Part shown: piece after piece, positions 9,413 through 18,614 of the stretch
Layout: every line of letters begins with the position of its first letter
Position numbering within the stretch: position 1 is the first letter of the stretch
Assembly: GCA_028716165.1 (NCBI GenBank)
Contig: JAQUQI010000004.1
Location: 18,715-82,714 of the forward strand
Length of the DNA: 64,000 nt
Reading direction: 5' to 3'
From: Candidatus Omnitrophota bacterium
GTDB taxonomy: Bacteria; Omnitrophota; Gorgyraeia; JABMRG01
Position numbers and translations under genes: made by a program
Notes under the pieces: generated by a model
Databases searched by the model: none
What the model was told of the DNA's origin: nothing
What the model saw: the letters and a program-made list of their open reading frames with translations, nothing else

Positions 9413-10654
9413 ATGCCTGACGCGAATCGCGTAATTGTTGTTGGAGCCGGCCCTGCCGGTATGATGGCCTCAATAAGCGCGGCCCTATCAGGGGCTGACG
9501 TTACTCTTATAGAGCGTAATCATTTGCCGGGCAGAAAGCTTTTGTTAAGCGGCAAGGGCCGCTGCAATTTAACCAATGCCTGCCCGATGGATGAGTTTTT
9601 CAGCCATTTTAATGGAAAAGGGGAGTTTTTAAGAGACGCTTTCAATAGTTTCTTTGTTGAGGACTTGATGGATTTTTTTAAAAAAAGAGGATTAGGCCTG
9701 AAGATTGAAAGGCAGAACAGGGTATTTCCTGTTTCCGACAAGTCAGCCTCTGTGCTGGACGTATTGGAAAAAGAGATGCGCTCTAAGAATGTAAAACTGC
9801 TGACAGGCGTATTATTCAATGACCTTATTATTTGCGATGGCACGGTGAAAGGGGTTATCGTTGACAGTTCCAAGAGGATGCTTGCGGACAAGGTGATACT
9901 TTGTTTAGGCGGAGCCTCATATCCTCTTACCGGTTCGGACGGTAAATGGTTTACGGTATTAAAAAGACACGGCATTGGATTATCCGGCTTTAGGCCTGCT
10001 CTGACCGCCCTCTTATGCCGCGATAATTACGGATTAAACGGTTTATCGCTTAAAAATATCAGGATTATGTTCAGGTCGTCGGCAGGCAAGGCCTTGTTAA
10101 CGGATATAGGAGAGATTGTTTTTACGCGAAAAGGCATATCCGGGCCATTGGTATTGTCTGCCAGCGCGAAGGTTATTGACTGGCTTGAAAATAGAGAACA
10201 GGTTAAGGCTTTTTTGGATATGAAACCTTCACTTTCAGAGGACCGGATACAGGATAGGATATTGCGCCAAACCAAAATTTCACCCAATATGTCATTACGG
10301 GGACTGATGCGTCTTTTTTTACCGCTCCGCATGTCTGATGTTTTTCTGCAAACTCTTGGATTTGACCCGGATAAAAATTTAAGCCGCCTGCTCAAGGCAG
10401 AACGCGCCCGCGTATCAGCCCTGTTAAAAGGATTTGAACTAAAGATAAAAGGCTGCTGCGGGCTTGAGACTGCTATTATTACAAGAGGCGGGATATGCCT
10501 TAAGGGTATTGACCCCCGCACAATGCGGTCACGAAAGATAAAGGGCCTTTATTTCTGCGGAGAAATGATAGACGTTGACGCTGATACAGGCGGGTTTAAT
10601 TTACAGGCGGCTTTTTCCACAGGTTATCTTGCCGGATATAGTTCCGCTATGTAA
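9413..10654 (+). CDS. HI0933/BaiN-family NAD(FAD)-utilising flavoprotein
   Basis: N-terminal VIVVGAGPAGMMA dinucleotide-binding motif, GKGRCNLTN, and C-terminal ...YFCGEMIDVDADTGGFNLQAAFSTGYLAG, all hallmarks of the HI0933-like family. Confidence 0.8.
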   Translation: MPDANRVIVVGAGPAGMMASISAALSGADVTLIERNHLPGRKLLLSGKGRCNLTNACPMDEFFSHFNGKGEFLRDAFNSFFVEDLMDFFKKRGLGLKIERQNRVFPVSDKSASVLDVLEKEMRSKNVKLLTGVLFNDLIICDGTVKGVIVDSSKRMLADKVILCLGGASYPLTGSDGKWFTVLKRHGIGLSGFRPALTALLCRDNYGLNGLSLKNIRIMFRSSAGKALLTDIGEIVFTRKGISGPLVLSASAKVIDWLENREQVKAFLDMKPSLSEDRIQDRILRQTKISPNMSLRGLMRLFLPLRMSDVFLQTLGFDPDKNLSRLLKAERARVSALLKGFELKIKGCCGLETAIITRGGICLKGIDPRTMRSRKIKGLYFCGEMIDVDADTGGFNLQAAFSTGYLAGYSSAM

Positions 10655-10780
10655 CAGTGTTTTTTATATTAAGACTAATTCATCGCGTTTAGTTAATAAA
10701 TATTATATTATTTTGTATTTAAGCGTATCTGCCTCAAGCTTACCTGCATTTTAAAAAAATCACTTACCCAGTATTATGGC

Positions 10781-10809
10781 TTGACTGCTTAACGCGGATG
10801 TGATATATT
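10781..10809 (+). promoter_or_regulatory. Sigma70-like promoter candidate (TTGACT-17-TATATT) for the 10891 gene
   Basis: TTGACT at 10781-10786, a 17-nt spacer, TATATT at 10804-10809, inside a ~235-nt very AT-rich intergenic region. Confidence 0.4.
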
Positions 10810-10890
10810 TAAAATAATCTTTTATAAAAATTAGTTAACAACTTTAATAACTTATCCAAACAGATTACCTATTTTCTTAAGAGGTTAAAA

Positions 10891-13281
10891 ATGAAAGAGA
10901 GATTTTTTTTGCTGCCGGTAGCAGTGCTGTTTGTTGTAAACGTTATTTTTTCTAATTGTACAATTTCGCCGGTTAATATGCTTGCTTACGCGCTAAGGCC
11001 TGCGGCATCCCTGGAAGGCTTGAAAGGCGAATTAACGCGTAATTTTTTTCAAGATGGCCGTGGTGTTTTAGAGAAGAAGGATTTTTTGAGGGCTGTAAGC
11101 GAGATGAATGACTGGAAGAGGCAAAACGCCGATTGCATGCACAAAAACAGCGATAGTAATTGCTTTATGACGCTTTTGCAGGAGAAGATGGAAGAGGTTT
11201 TTGATAAATATAGGTTGTATGAACTGCCTATTAAATGGCGCATGGCTTATTGTTCTTTGGTTTTTGGAAATGAGATTGACCGCGGTATCCATGCCGCGGT
11301 TAAACATATATATAAAACATTGAATATAAGTTCAGCTGGCAACGGCCAGGCCTCAATCAGCCCGCAGCAATACTATGAGCTGGCTAATACCTTGTCCGAG
11401 TCCGAACATCTGTATTCTGTACGGGAAAACCGTTATATCCGGTTTTGTTTTTCTCTTATATTTGATTTCTGGGACGCGGAACGCAGGATACTTGAGCAGG
11501 CTTATATTGTGGGTGAGTTAAATAAAGAGTTGGAAGAGCCGGGAAGTGGCAGACTGCCGGTTATCGCTACCATGCAGGATATTCATGGCGGCGCCCGCAG
11601 GGCGATGGGCCTTGCCGGATTTGCCCTGGGCCTGCCATCAGACATCTATCCAGATATCCATAATCTTGATGACCTAAAAGAACGTCTGATTGAATACGGT
11701 ATTATCGTAGAAGATGAACATATAAGATTTATAGGCCTTAATGATAAGTATGACAGAGGTAATGAACCTACCCAGACCCTGGAATTGGTCAAATGGTTGA
11801 GAGACAGCGGAAAAGCAAAGCCTTTTGTAGGTAATCATGATTTTTGGCGCGCAATGTCTGTGCTCGGTATACACCTTCTTCCGGAAGAGCTGGGTGTTAG
11901 TTTTGAAAAAACTCATGGCATAGGCTATTGGTCTAAGGACGCGTTTTGTCATTCCGGGTGGGGAGATATAGAACTTGAAAGGATAAATGAAAGGCGTTTC
12001 AATCAATCTTTAGACCTCGCGAATATTGAATTATCAGTGTATCACGAAAAACTATCCCCTATTGATTTAAATCATATACGTGAAAAATCTGAAACCGAGC
12101 TAAAGGAGTTAAAAAAGAAGAATGCCGATATACGTAAACAAAATGAACTAAATAAAGACGACCCCTCATATAAGCGCAAGGATGAATTCCCCCTGCCGGA
12201 TATTCTTAGCCAGACACTGTCCTATTTAAGGCTTAAAAGGCAAGAATACAATAGTATCATAAGAGAATTAAACATCAAATATTTTGTAAATATTCCGCTT
12301 ATTGATTTTGACGAAGTCAATCTTGACAATTACCGGCAGGATCGGGAAATTATTGACGCAGCATTGTGGGAGTTAAAAAATTTCAGGCTCTTTTACGTTG
12401 ATATACTGGGTAACCTTCATATGCACAGCATACTTCCCGTGGATTATAATAATGGCGGAGGGTTCGCCGTTTATTATAAAGGCCTGCGCGGCCTGCCTGC
12501 CCTGGAACTTATGTCCGATGATGTCAGAAGTTTTTTTGAGGGCATGGATACTATACCTGATTCCGATGAATTTCGCAGGCAGATGTGGGATAAGCTCGGC
12601 AGTATATTTACAACGATCAACGATTGGTATTCGGATAGGACCGCTTATGCCAAGGCTGTTTCCGTAAAAAAATTTATTGATGCCGGAGGACTGGAAAGCC
12701 TGGGGCACGAAATCCTGGGCCACGTGAATCAGGTTTTTGTGGACAGGGAATCATCTTTCTTGGTGTTTTGGGGGCATAATGAGCGTAAAAAATTTGATGA
12801 CCAGACTACGGCCTTACCGTGGATATATCTTTATTTGAAATCAGGCACTGGTGTTGCCAATATAGATAATGAAATGTCGGAAGGATATTCCGACATGGGC
12901 GCTATAGTCACATTTTTTAAACGGGACGGCAATGGAAAAATTACAGGTTTAAGGATGTGGGGCTACAAAAAGGATTCAGCAGTAATAGAAGATTTAACCA
13001 TGGAAAACATAGAGGGCATTAGCCAGGAGCAGAAAAAAATGCTGGTTGAACTGCACGGAGGCGTTTCGTTTATGCAATGGTATCGTCAAAAAGCGTTGGC
13101 CCATATCCTTGAGGAATCAAAGAGATTGCTGGAGGAGGCCAAAAGGCAGGGCAGAGAGGACAAAGCCCAAATCGCTGAACGGATGATAGACAAGTATTAC
13201 TCCGAGATTTCCGCGTCCCGGAACATCGGACAGGCAATCAAGAAAAACAATATAGCCCAAATACTCGCCCGTGCCGCGTAA
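10891..13281 (+). CDS. Large exported/membrane-anchored protein with a calcineurin-like metallophosphoesterase core
   Basis: N-terminal hydrophobic signal/anchor. Metallophosphatase motifs in order: DIHGG (nt ~11578), NDKYDRGN (GDxxDRG-like), GNHDFW (GNHD/E), then GH-containing motifs (GNLHMHS, GHEILGH). RBS AAGAGG lies 8 nt upstream of the start. Confidence 0.6.
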   Translation: MKERFFLLPVAVLFVVNVIFSNCTISPVNMLAYALRPAASLEGLKGELTRNFFQDGRGVLEKKDFLRAVSEMNDWKRQNADCMHKNSDSNCFMTLLQEKMEEVFDKYRLYELPIKWRMAYCSLVFGNEIDRGIHAAVKHIYKTLNISSAGNGQASISPQQYYELANTLSESEHLYSVRENRYIRFCFSLIFDFWDAERRILEQAYIVGELNKELEEPGSGRLPVIATMQDIHGGARRAMGLAGFALGLPSDIYPDIHNLDDLKERLIEYGIIVEDEHIRFIGLNDKYDRGNEPTQTLELVKWLRDSGKAKPFVGNHDFWRAMSVLGIHLLPEELGVSFEKTHGIGYWSKDAFCHSGWGDIELERINERRFNQSLDLANIELSVYHEKLSPIDLNHIREKSETELKELKKKNADIRKQNELNKDDPSYKRKDEFPLPDILSQTLSYLRLKRQEYNSIIRELNIKYFVNIPLIDFDEVNLDNYRQDREIIDAALWELKNFRLFYVDILGNLHMHSILPVDYNNGGGFAVYYKGLRGLPALELMSDDVRSFFEGMDTIPDSDEFRRQMWDKLGSIFTTINDWYSDRTAYAKAVSVKKFIDAGGLESLGHEILGHVNQVFVDRESSFLVFWGHNERKKFDDQTTALPWIYLYLKSGTGVANIDNEMSEGYSDMGAIVTFFKRDGNGKITGLRMWGYKKDSAVIEDLTMENIEGISQEQKKMLVELHGGVSFMQWYRQKALAHILEESKRLLEEAKRQGREDKAQIAERMIDKYYSEISASRNIGQAIKKNNIAQILARAA

Positions 13282-13337
13282 TGTATGTCGAAGGTTCTTG
13301 AGGATATTTTTGTTTAAACGGTGTTAGAGTGGTGTTT

Positions 13338-14093
13338 TTATTTGTCAATACGGCTTATGAATTCCTGCCACGGGAAATGCGTGCCCGGGCACTCGGTATT
13401 AGCTCCGCAAACATCGCGATGGCCCATTATGTTTGAATTTGGGATATTGTAGTATTTTTTCAAGACATTAACGGTATAAACAAGTGTTATTAATTGCTTG
13501 CGGCTTACGTATACATTACTGAAATTGCCTACAATCGCTATTCCGATGCCTTTTTCGTTCATGCCCGATGCCTTGCAATGGGCGCCGTTTTCCTGCCGCA
13601 GCCATCTAAGAGAAGACTCTAAGTGCCCGTCGGGTTTACCCTCGGTATTATTATTGATGACAAAATGGTAACCTAAACCGGCCCAGCCCTTGTTTTTGTG
13701 GGATTTGTCAAGCAATAGCGCGCTTCCTGTGTCGGTAGCGGTGTGGTGGATGATGATATATTTCCATTTATCCGAAGGAAACAGTGGTATTATCGGCTTT
13801 ACCGGAGCGGCATTAGGTATCAGTATGTGCTGCCCGCTTTTTAATTCCGTGTTGGTTTTTATCCAATTAGCCGCGGCGATATCTTTCAGGTCAACATCGT
13901 ATGCCCTGCTTAGATGCCATAGTGTCTCGCCCGGGGCTACGATATGATATGTATCGCGCCTTGCGACAGGTTGATGCGTTTCGGTCAAGACCCTTTTGGG
14001 CGTGTATATAACAGGGCCCGGACGCTCTCCGGCGCATGAGCTCAATGACAGGGCTATAAGCAGGATTGCTGTATGGTTTAAAATTTTTTTCAT
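13338..14093 (-). CDS. Lipoprotein with LysM domain and N-acetylmuramoyl-L-alanine amidase (Amidase_2/PGRP-like) domain
   Basis: Lipobox LSLSSC; LysM (YHIVAPGETLWHLSRAYDVDLKDIAAAN); amidase_2 motifs (IIIHHTATD, GYHFVI, GHRDV...CPG). Confidence 0.8.
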   Translation of the reverse strand: MKKILNHTAILLIALSLSSCAGERPGPVIYTPKRVLTETHQPVARRDTYHIVAPGETLWHLSRAYDVDLKDIAAANWIKTNTELKSGQHILIPNAAPVKPIIPLFPSDKWKYIIIHHTATDTGSALLLDKSHKNKGWAGLGYHFVINNNTEGKPDGHLESSLRWLRQENGAHCKASGMNEKGIGIAIVGNFSNVYVSRKQLITLVYTVNVLKKYYNIPNSNIMGHRDVCGANTECPGTHFPWQEFISRIDK

Positions 14094-14241
14094 ATATTTA
14101 TAGTGACAATTTTTTAGATAAAATTAGTTTAATTTTATATGAAAACGCAAAGCGGGTCAAGGTGTTTAGATATTTTTAGCTAAATATATTCTTGCTCTGC
14201 CGGGCCGTATGGTTACAAAACCAAAATCAGCCTGAATTGTA

Positions 14242-14269
14242 TTGACGAAACAGGGCTTTATGCTATAAT
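14242..14269 (+). promoter_or_regulatory. Strong sigma70-like promoter with extended -10 (TTGACG-16-TGcTATAAT)
   Basis: TTGACG 14242-14247, 16-nt spacer, TGC TATAAT 14261-14269. The predicted TSS is ~135 nt upstream of the 14412 start codon. Confidence 0.5.
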
Positions 14270-14411
14270 TTGATGAAAGAATGTTAAGCGGGTTATATGC
14301 ACAGCTTTATAATGTCACATGATGAGCCGGCAGATGCGCCTGTTTTTAATGATAACCGGCGGGCGCGCGGCTTTTTTGGTTTTTATTTTAATTTAATTCG
14401 GGGAGGCGCAG

Positions 14412-15371
14412 ATGTTCTGTAGAAAAATTAATATATTTATCATGGTCTTTTCCGTGTTTTTGATTTTCTGCAATCATTCTATTGCTGAAAAATTGTCCAA
14501 AGAAGATCAGAAAATGCAGCAAATCAAGCAGATGCAGAAACATTTTGAATGGTGGCCTACCGATGCCAGGCCGGCTCCTGTAAAAGATGAAAATAAAAGC
14601 GGATATTGGTGGTGGCCAATGGAACCCGGTGAAATAAGGCCATGGGGTAATAGAGGGTATATATATGTGTATAAAATAATTTTTGACTATAAAGAAGAAG
14701 AGCTTGACCCGCCGGCGGCGCAGGAATTAAGGCCGTCACTGCTGATTAAAAAGGTTTTAAGCAATGTTAAAGTTTATTTTGATTTTGATAAATCTGATTT
14801 ACGAGACGATGCCAAGGCCATTCTTAAAAAAGCGTCAGATACAATGAGGAGAAACCCTTACGCGAGCATACTCGTTACCGGCAACTGTGATATACGCGGT
14901 TCGGAAACGTATAATGAAAAACTTGGCCGGCAGAGGGGTGAGGCGGTTAAAAAGTTTATGCTTGAAGGCGGTATTCATCCCGATAGGGTCTTGATAGTCA
15001 GCCGCGGTAAACTGGATGCCGTTGCCCCTGTTACCGATCTGGTTGGTATGCAGAAAGACAGAAACGCCCAGTTTATGATAGCTGAAGTTGAAGAGGTGAT
15101 GATACCATATCCTGATATTGAAGCCGGCCAGGAGGTTAAAAGGATAGGTGAGGATAAGTTTCTTTTGCAGGAAGAGAAAAAAATTGAGGCCGAAATCAAG
15201 GTAGCCACCAAAGAATATATTGTTCAGGCCGGGGATTCGCTTTCAAAGATAGCCAAGGAACATCTGGGCGCGGCCCACCGCTGGCAGTATCTATACGAAT
15301 TGAATAAAGATAAAATCGCCAACCCCAACAAACTTAAGAAGGGGCAAAAGATCATATTGCCTATTGAATAG
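14412..15371 (+). CDS. OmpA/MotB-family peptidoglycan-binding protein with C-terminal LysM domain
   Basis: Signal peptide; OmpA_C-like core (VYFDFDKSDLRDDAKAILKKASDTMRRNPYASILVTGNCDIRGSETYNEKLGRQRGEAV); C-terminal LysM (YIVQAGDSLSKIAKEH...). RBS GGGGAGG. Confidence 0.75.
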   Translation: MFCRKINIFIMVFSVFLIFCNHSIAEKLSKEDQKMQQIKQMQKHFEWWPTDARPAPVKDENKSGYWWWPMEPGEIRPWGNRGYIYVYKIIFDYKEEELDPPAAQELRPSLLIKKVLSNVKVYFDFDKSDLRDDAKAILKKASDTMRRNPYASILVTGNCDIRGSETYNEKLGRQRGEAVKKFMLEGGIHPDRVLIVSRGKLDAVAPVTDLVGMQKDRNAQFMIAEVEEVMIPYPDIEAGQEVKRIGEDKFLLQEEKKIEAEIKVATKEYIVQAGDSLSKIAKEHLGAAHRWQYLYELNKDKIANPNKLKKGQKIILPIE

Positions 15372-15424
15372 TTTTTGCCGTGCAAGCGCTCTGTATGCCG
15401 TGTTTGCTTTTTTGCATATTAACG

Positions 15425-15456
15425 AGGGCCGGACTATTCGGCCCTGCTATTTTTTT
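15425..15456 (+). terminator. Candidate intrinsic terminator after the OmpA/LysM gene
   Basis: A 7-bp GC-rich stem (AGGGCCG / CGGCCCT) with a 7-nt loop, followed within 4 nt by a T7 run. Confidence 0.35.
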
Positions 15457-15664
15457 GCGCATACCCCGTATTTTCTTTTGATTCCCTGATTGGTATACGC
15501 AAACCGGTATCTTTTAACGATATGTTAAATGCCGGACCGCGTAATTATTTCGTCAAAAAGCACTTTTTATCAATACGCCTTAAAAATGCTTTTGACGTTT
15601 TGTTTTAAAAATATCTCCTGATGTCAAAAACGGCATTGCTAATAGAAAGGTAAAAAGCGGTTTT

Positions 15665-16672
15665 ATGGTTAAGACTAAAATAATATGTACTATAGGGCCC
15701 TCTTCTTCAAGCGAAACGGTTTTGAGGAAGATGATGCTTGCCGGTATGGATGTTGCCAGGCTTAATTTTTCGCATGCAATGACAGAAGAAATGACAGCCA
15801 GGATAAAAAGTATCAGGGCCCTGAATATGCGGTACAGGAGGCGCATAAAAATATTAGGTGATTTACAGGGCCACCGCGTAAGGGTCGGCCGCATAGAGGC
15901 GCCAATTGAGCTCAAAAAAGGCCAGAGGGTATGCCTTAGCCAGGAGGATGGCGGCACAGAATTGCCCGCGATTCCATTTGATTACAGAGGCTCTTTGCGC
16001 GGCGTAAAACAAGGGCATTATATTTATATTGATGACGGCAATATCGCTTTGGTAGTGACAGGCCGCGGCAGGAATTGCCTAAAGGCAAGGGTTACGGCGG
16101 GCGGATTATTAAAAAGCCATAAGGGTATTAATATACCGGAGGCCCGGCTTGAATTTAACAAGATCAATACAAAAGACCTTAATGATATTATTTTTTGTAA
16201 AATGAATGATATAGACTATGTGGCGCAGTCGTTTGTGTGCTCAAAAAAGGACGTGCTGACTGTCAGGGCCGCGCTTGGTATTGGCCATAAATGCATGGTC
16301 ATCTCCAAGATAGAAAACAAACAAGCCATAAGGAATATTGATGAAATCATAGGCGTTTCGGACGGAATAATGATTGCCCGCGGGGACATGGGCGTGTCTT
16401 TACCGGTTTATAAGGTACCCATGATCCAGAAGATGATTATAAAAAAATGCAACAGAGCAAAAAAACCCGTGATAACCGCGACTCAAATGCTTGAAAGCAT
16501 GACGCAAAATCCAAGGCCTACTCGCGCGGAAGTAGCGGATGTCGCAAATGCTATTATTGACGGGACTGACTTTGTTATGCTGTCAGCCGAGACGGCTTTA
16601 GGCAGGTATCCGTCGGAGTCTGTCAGGATGATGAATGATATCATAAAATTTACGGAAAATCCAAAAATTTAG
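15665..16672 (+). CDS. pyk: Pyruvate kinase, short form lacking the C-terminal regulatory domain
   Basis: A- and B-domain motifs ([51 protein letters not shown]). The protein ends after the A-domain at 335 aa. Confidence 0.8.
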   Translation: MVKTKIICTIGPSSSSETVLRKMMLAGMDVARLNFSHAMTEEMTARIKSIRALNMRYRRRIKILGDLQGHRVRVGRIEAPIELKKGQRVCLSQEDGGTELPAIPFDYRGSLRGVKQGHYIYIDDGNIALVVTGRGRNCLKARVTAGGLLKSHKGINIPEARLEFNKINTKDLNDIIFCKMNDIDYVAQSFVCSKKDVLTVRAALGIGHKCMVISKIENKQAIRNIDEIIGVSDGIMIARGDMGVSLPVYKVPMIQKMIIKKCNRAKKPVITATQMLESMTQNPRPTRAEVADVANAIIDGTDFVMLSAETALGRYPSESVRMMNDIIKFTENPKI

Positions 16673-16684
16673 GGAGGCAATAAT

Positions 16685-17575
16685 ATGCCGGCAGATATTT
16701 TAAATGTTAGCGACTTGCCCGACTTAAAGTTGTTTAAAAGGGGTAAGGTCAGGGATGTCTATGATGTGCAAGATAACCTGTTGGTGATATCAACGGACAG
16801 GATATCCTGTTTTGACTTTGTCTTGCCTACCTGTATTCCAGATAAAGGAGAAGTGCTTACAAGGCTTTCCATGTTCTGGTTTGATTTTACCAGGGATATT
16901 ATTCCTAACCATTTTATTACGGCATCAGTCAAAGAATACCCGGCCTATTTGCATAAATACCAAAAAATCTTGCAGGGCCGGTCAATGCTGGCCAGAAAGG
17001 CGAAACCTATACCCGTTGAGTGCGTGGTAAGAGGGTATCTTTCCGGTTCAGGATGGAAAGAATACAAAATATCCCAATCTATATGCGGTATTAAACTTGA
17101 CCCGGGCATGGTAGAATCGGATAAATTAAAAGAGCCTATATTCACTCCGTCAACAAAAGAAGACGCGGGCCATGACATGAACGTGACGATGGATTTTGTT
17201 GAAAAAACAATCGGTAAAGACACAGCCTCTGAATTAAAAGAGATAAGTACCGCTATTTACGGCAAGGCCAGTCATTACGCGGAGTCAAAAGGTATTATTA
17301 TAGCTGATACCAAATTTGAATTTGGCATATATGAGGGGAGGATAATACTTATAGATGAAGCCCTTACCCCTGATTCGTCCCGCTTCTGGCCCAAGAATGG
17401 ATACGCGCCTGGAAGGCCTCAACCAAGCTTTGATAAGCAGTTTGTAAGGGATTATCTGGAGTCAATCTGCTGGCCCAAAACCCCTCCTGCTCCGGAATTG
17501 CCTAAAAAGGTCATTCTAAAAACCAGAGAGAAATATATCCAAGCCTTTGAAGTGCTGACTGGAAAGACATGGTAG
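16685..17575 (+). CDS. purC: Phosphoribosylaminoimidazole-succinocarboxamide (SAICAR) synthase
   Basis: GKVRDVYDV...LLVISTDRISCFD and the rest of the PurC fold. The start lies 12 nt after the pyk stop and is preceded by GGGAGG. Confidence 0.9.
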   Translation: MPADILNVSDLPDLKLFKRGKVRDVYDVQDNLLVISTDRISCFDFVLPTCIPDKGEVLTRLSMFWFDFTRDIIPNHFITASVKEYPAYLHKYQKILQGRSMLARKAKPIPVECVVRGYLSGSGWKEYKISQSICGIKLDPGMVESDKLKEPIFTPSTKEDAGHDMNVTMDFVEKTIGKDTASELKEISTAIYGKASHYAESKGIIIADTKFEFGIYEGRIILIDEALTPDSSRFWPKNGYAPGRPQPSFDKQFVRDYLESICWPKTPPAPELPKKVILKTREKYIQAFEVLTGKTW

Positions 17576-17785
17576 CCTTTGGCATGCAGGGCTTTGGAGC
17601 TTGTATTTTTTAGGATTTAAGCAAAGATCAAAAACTGTTATCGCGCATACCGGACCCCCGGACGTTTTTAAAAGGTTTTTTTTCGTCCGAATCAAGCGCA
17701 AGGTTTTTTTACCCAAAATGCCTTAAGAGGCGTATTTTGTAAAAGCATAAAAATTGTTTCTTATTTTACCGGTTAATGTAACTGT

Positions 17786-17814
17786 TTGACATCTGCCGGA
17801 TGTTTCTATATACT
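17786..17814 (+). promoter_or_regulatory. Sigma70-like promoter candidate (TTGACA-17-TATACT)
   Basis: TTGACA 17786-17791, 17-nt spacer, TATACT 17809-17814, about 30 nt upstream of the 17844 start. Confidence 0.45.
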
Positions 17815-17843
17815 AATATTATTCTAAATAAGAAACTAATACA

Positions 17844-18614
17844 ATGAATTTTAAATTTATATATGGGCCTGTTAATTCATGGAGATTGGGTAGTTCTTTA
17901 GGCATTGACCCTATTTCAACACAACGCAAAGTATGCACATTTGATTGCGTTTATTGTCAACTCGGGCCTTCGCCTGCCTTAAGCCGCAAAAGAAAGGTTT
18001 TTGTCTTATCGAAAGATATCTTGCGCGAACTCAAAAGATTGCCGGAGATAAAAGTTGATTATATTACTTTTTCGGGAACAGGCGAACCCACGATGGCCCG
18101 GAACCTTGACGAACTTATAGAGGCGGTGCGACGGTCAAGAAAAGAAAAGATAGCTGTTTTTACCAACTCTACCTTGCTTGGCAACAGTTCCGTCCGCCGC
18201 GCGCTTGCCGGGGCGGATTTGGTAGAGGCAAAATTAGACTCTGCCTCAAGCCGGGTATTCAATGCTGTTAATAAGCCGCATAAGGGGTTTAAACTGCGTG
18301 GTATAATTGACGGTATAAAGACATTTAGGAGGGGCTATAAAGGAATATTCGCCCTGCAGATAATGTTTACTCCGTATAATATACGTTACGCGAAAAAACT
18401 GGCCGCTATAGCCCGCTCTATTGGCCCTGACGAGGTGCATATTAATACGCCTTTAAGGCCTTCAGGGGCAAGGCCTGTATCAAAAGAGGCGATAAGCAAA
18501 GTAAAAAAATTATTCAAGGGGCTTCGGGTGGTGACGGTATATGACGGTAAAAAATCCCCCGGGCATAAACCTATCAGCGCCGCGGAAACTATTAGGAGAA
18601 GGGGCAAGGTTTGA
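17844..18614 (+). CDS. Radical SAM protein (small COG0731-like Fe-S oxidoreductase)
   Basis: CTFDCVYC (CxxxCxxC) cluster motif preceded by GPVNSWRLGSSLGI, characteristic of the small radical-SAM family. Confidence 0.75.
   Translation: MNFKFIYGPVNSWRLGSSLGIDPISTQRKVCTFDCVYCQLGPSPALSRKRKVFVLSKDILRELKRLPEIKVDYITFSGTGEPTMARNLDELIEAVRRSRKEKIAVFTNSTLLGNSSVRRALAGADLVEAKLDSASSRVFNAVNKPHKGFKLRGIIDGIKTFRRGYKGIFALQIMFTPYNIRYAKKLAAIARSIGPDEVHINTPLRPSGARPVSKEAISKVKKLFKGLRVVTVYDGKKSPGHKPISAAETIRRRGKV

Noticed and set aside
15580-15957. 125-aa minus-strand ORF overlapping the pyruvate kinase start
   Set aside because: It is antisense to the conserved pyk N-terminus and has no RBS or motif. The pyk ORF is strongly supported.
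17576-17640. Terminator after purC (GCCTTTGGCATGCAGGGCTTTGGAGC ... TTTTTT)
   Set aside because: The sequence contains direct CTTTGG repeats rather than an inverted repeat and only a short GCATGC palindrome. It is not a convincing stem-loop, although the T-run might still act with a weak hairpin.
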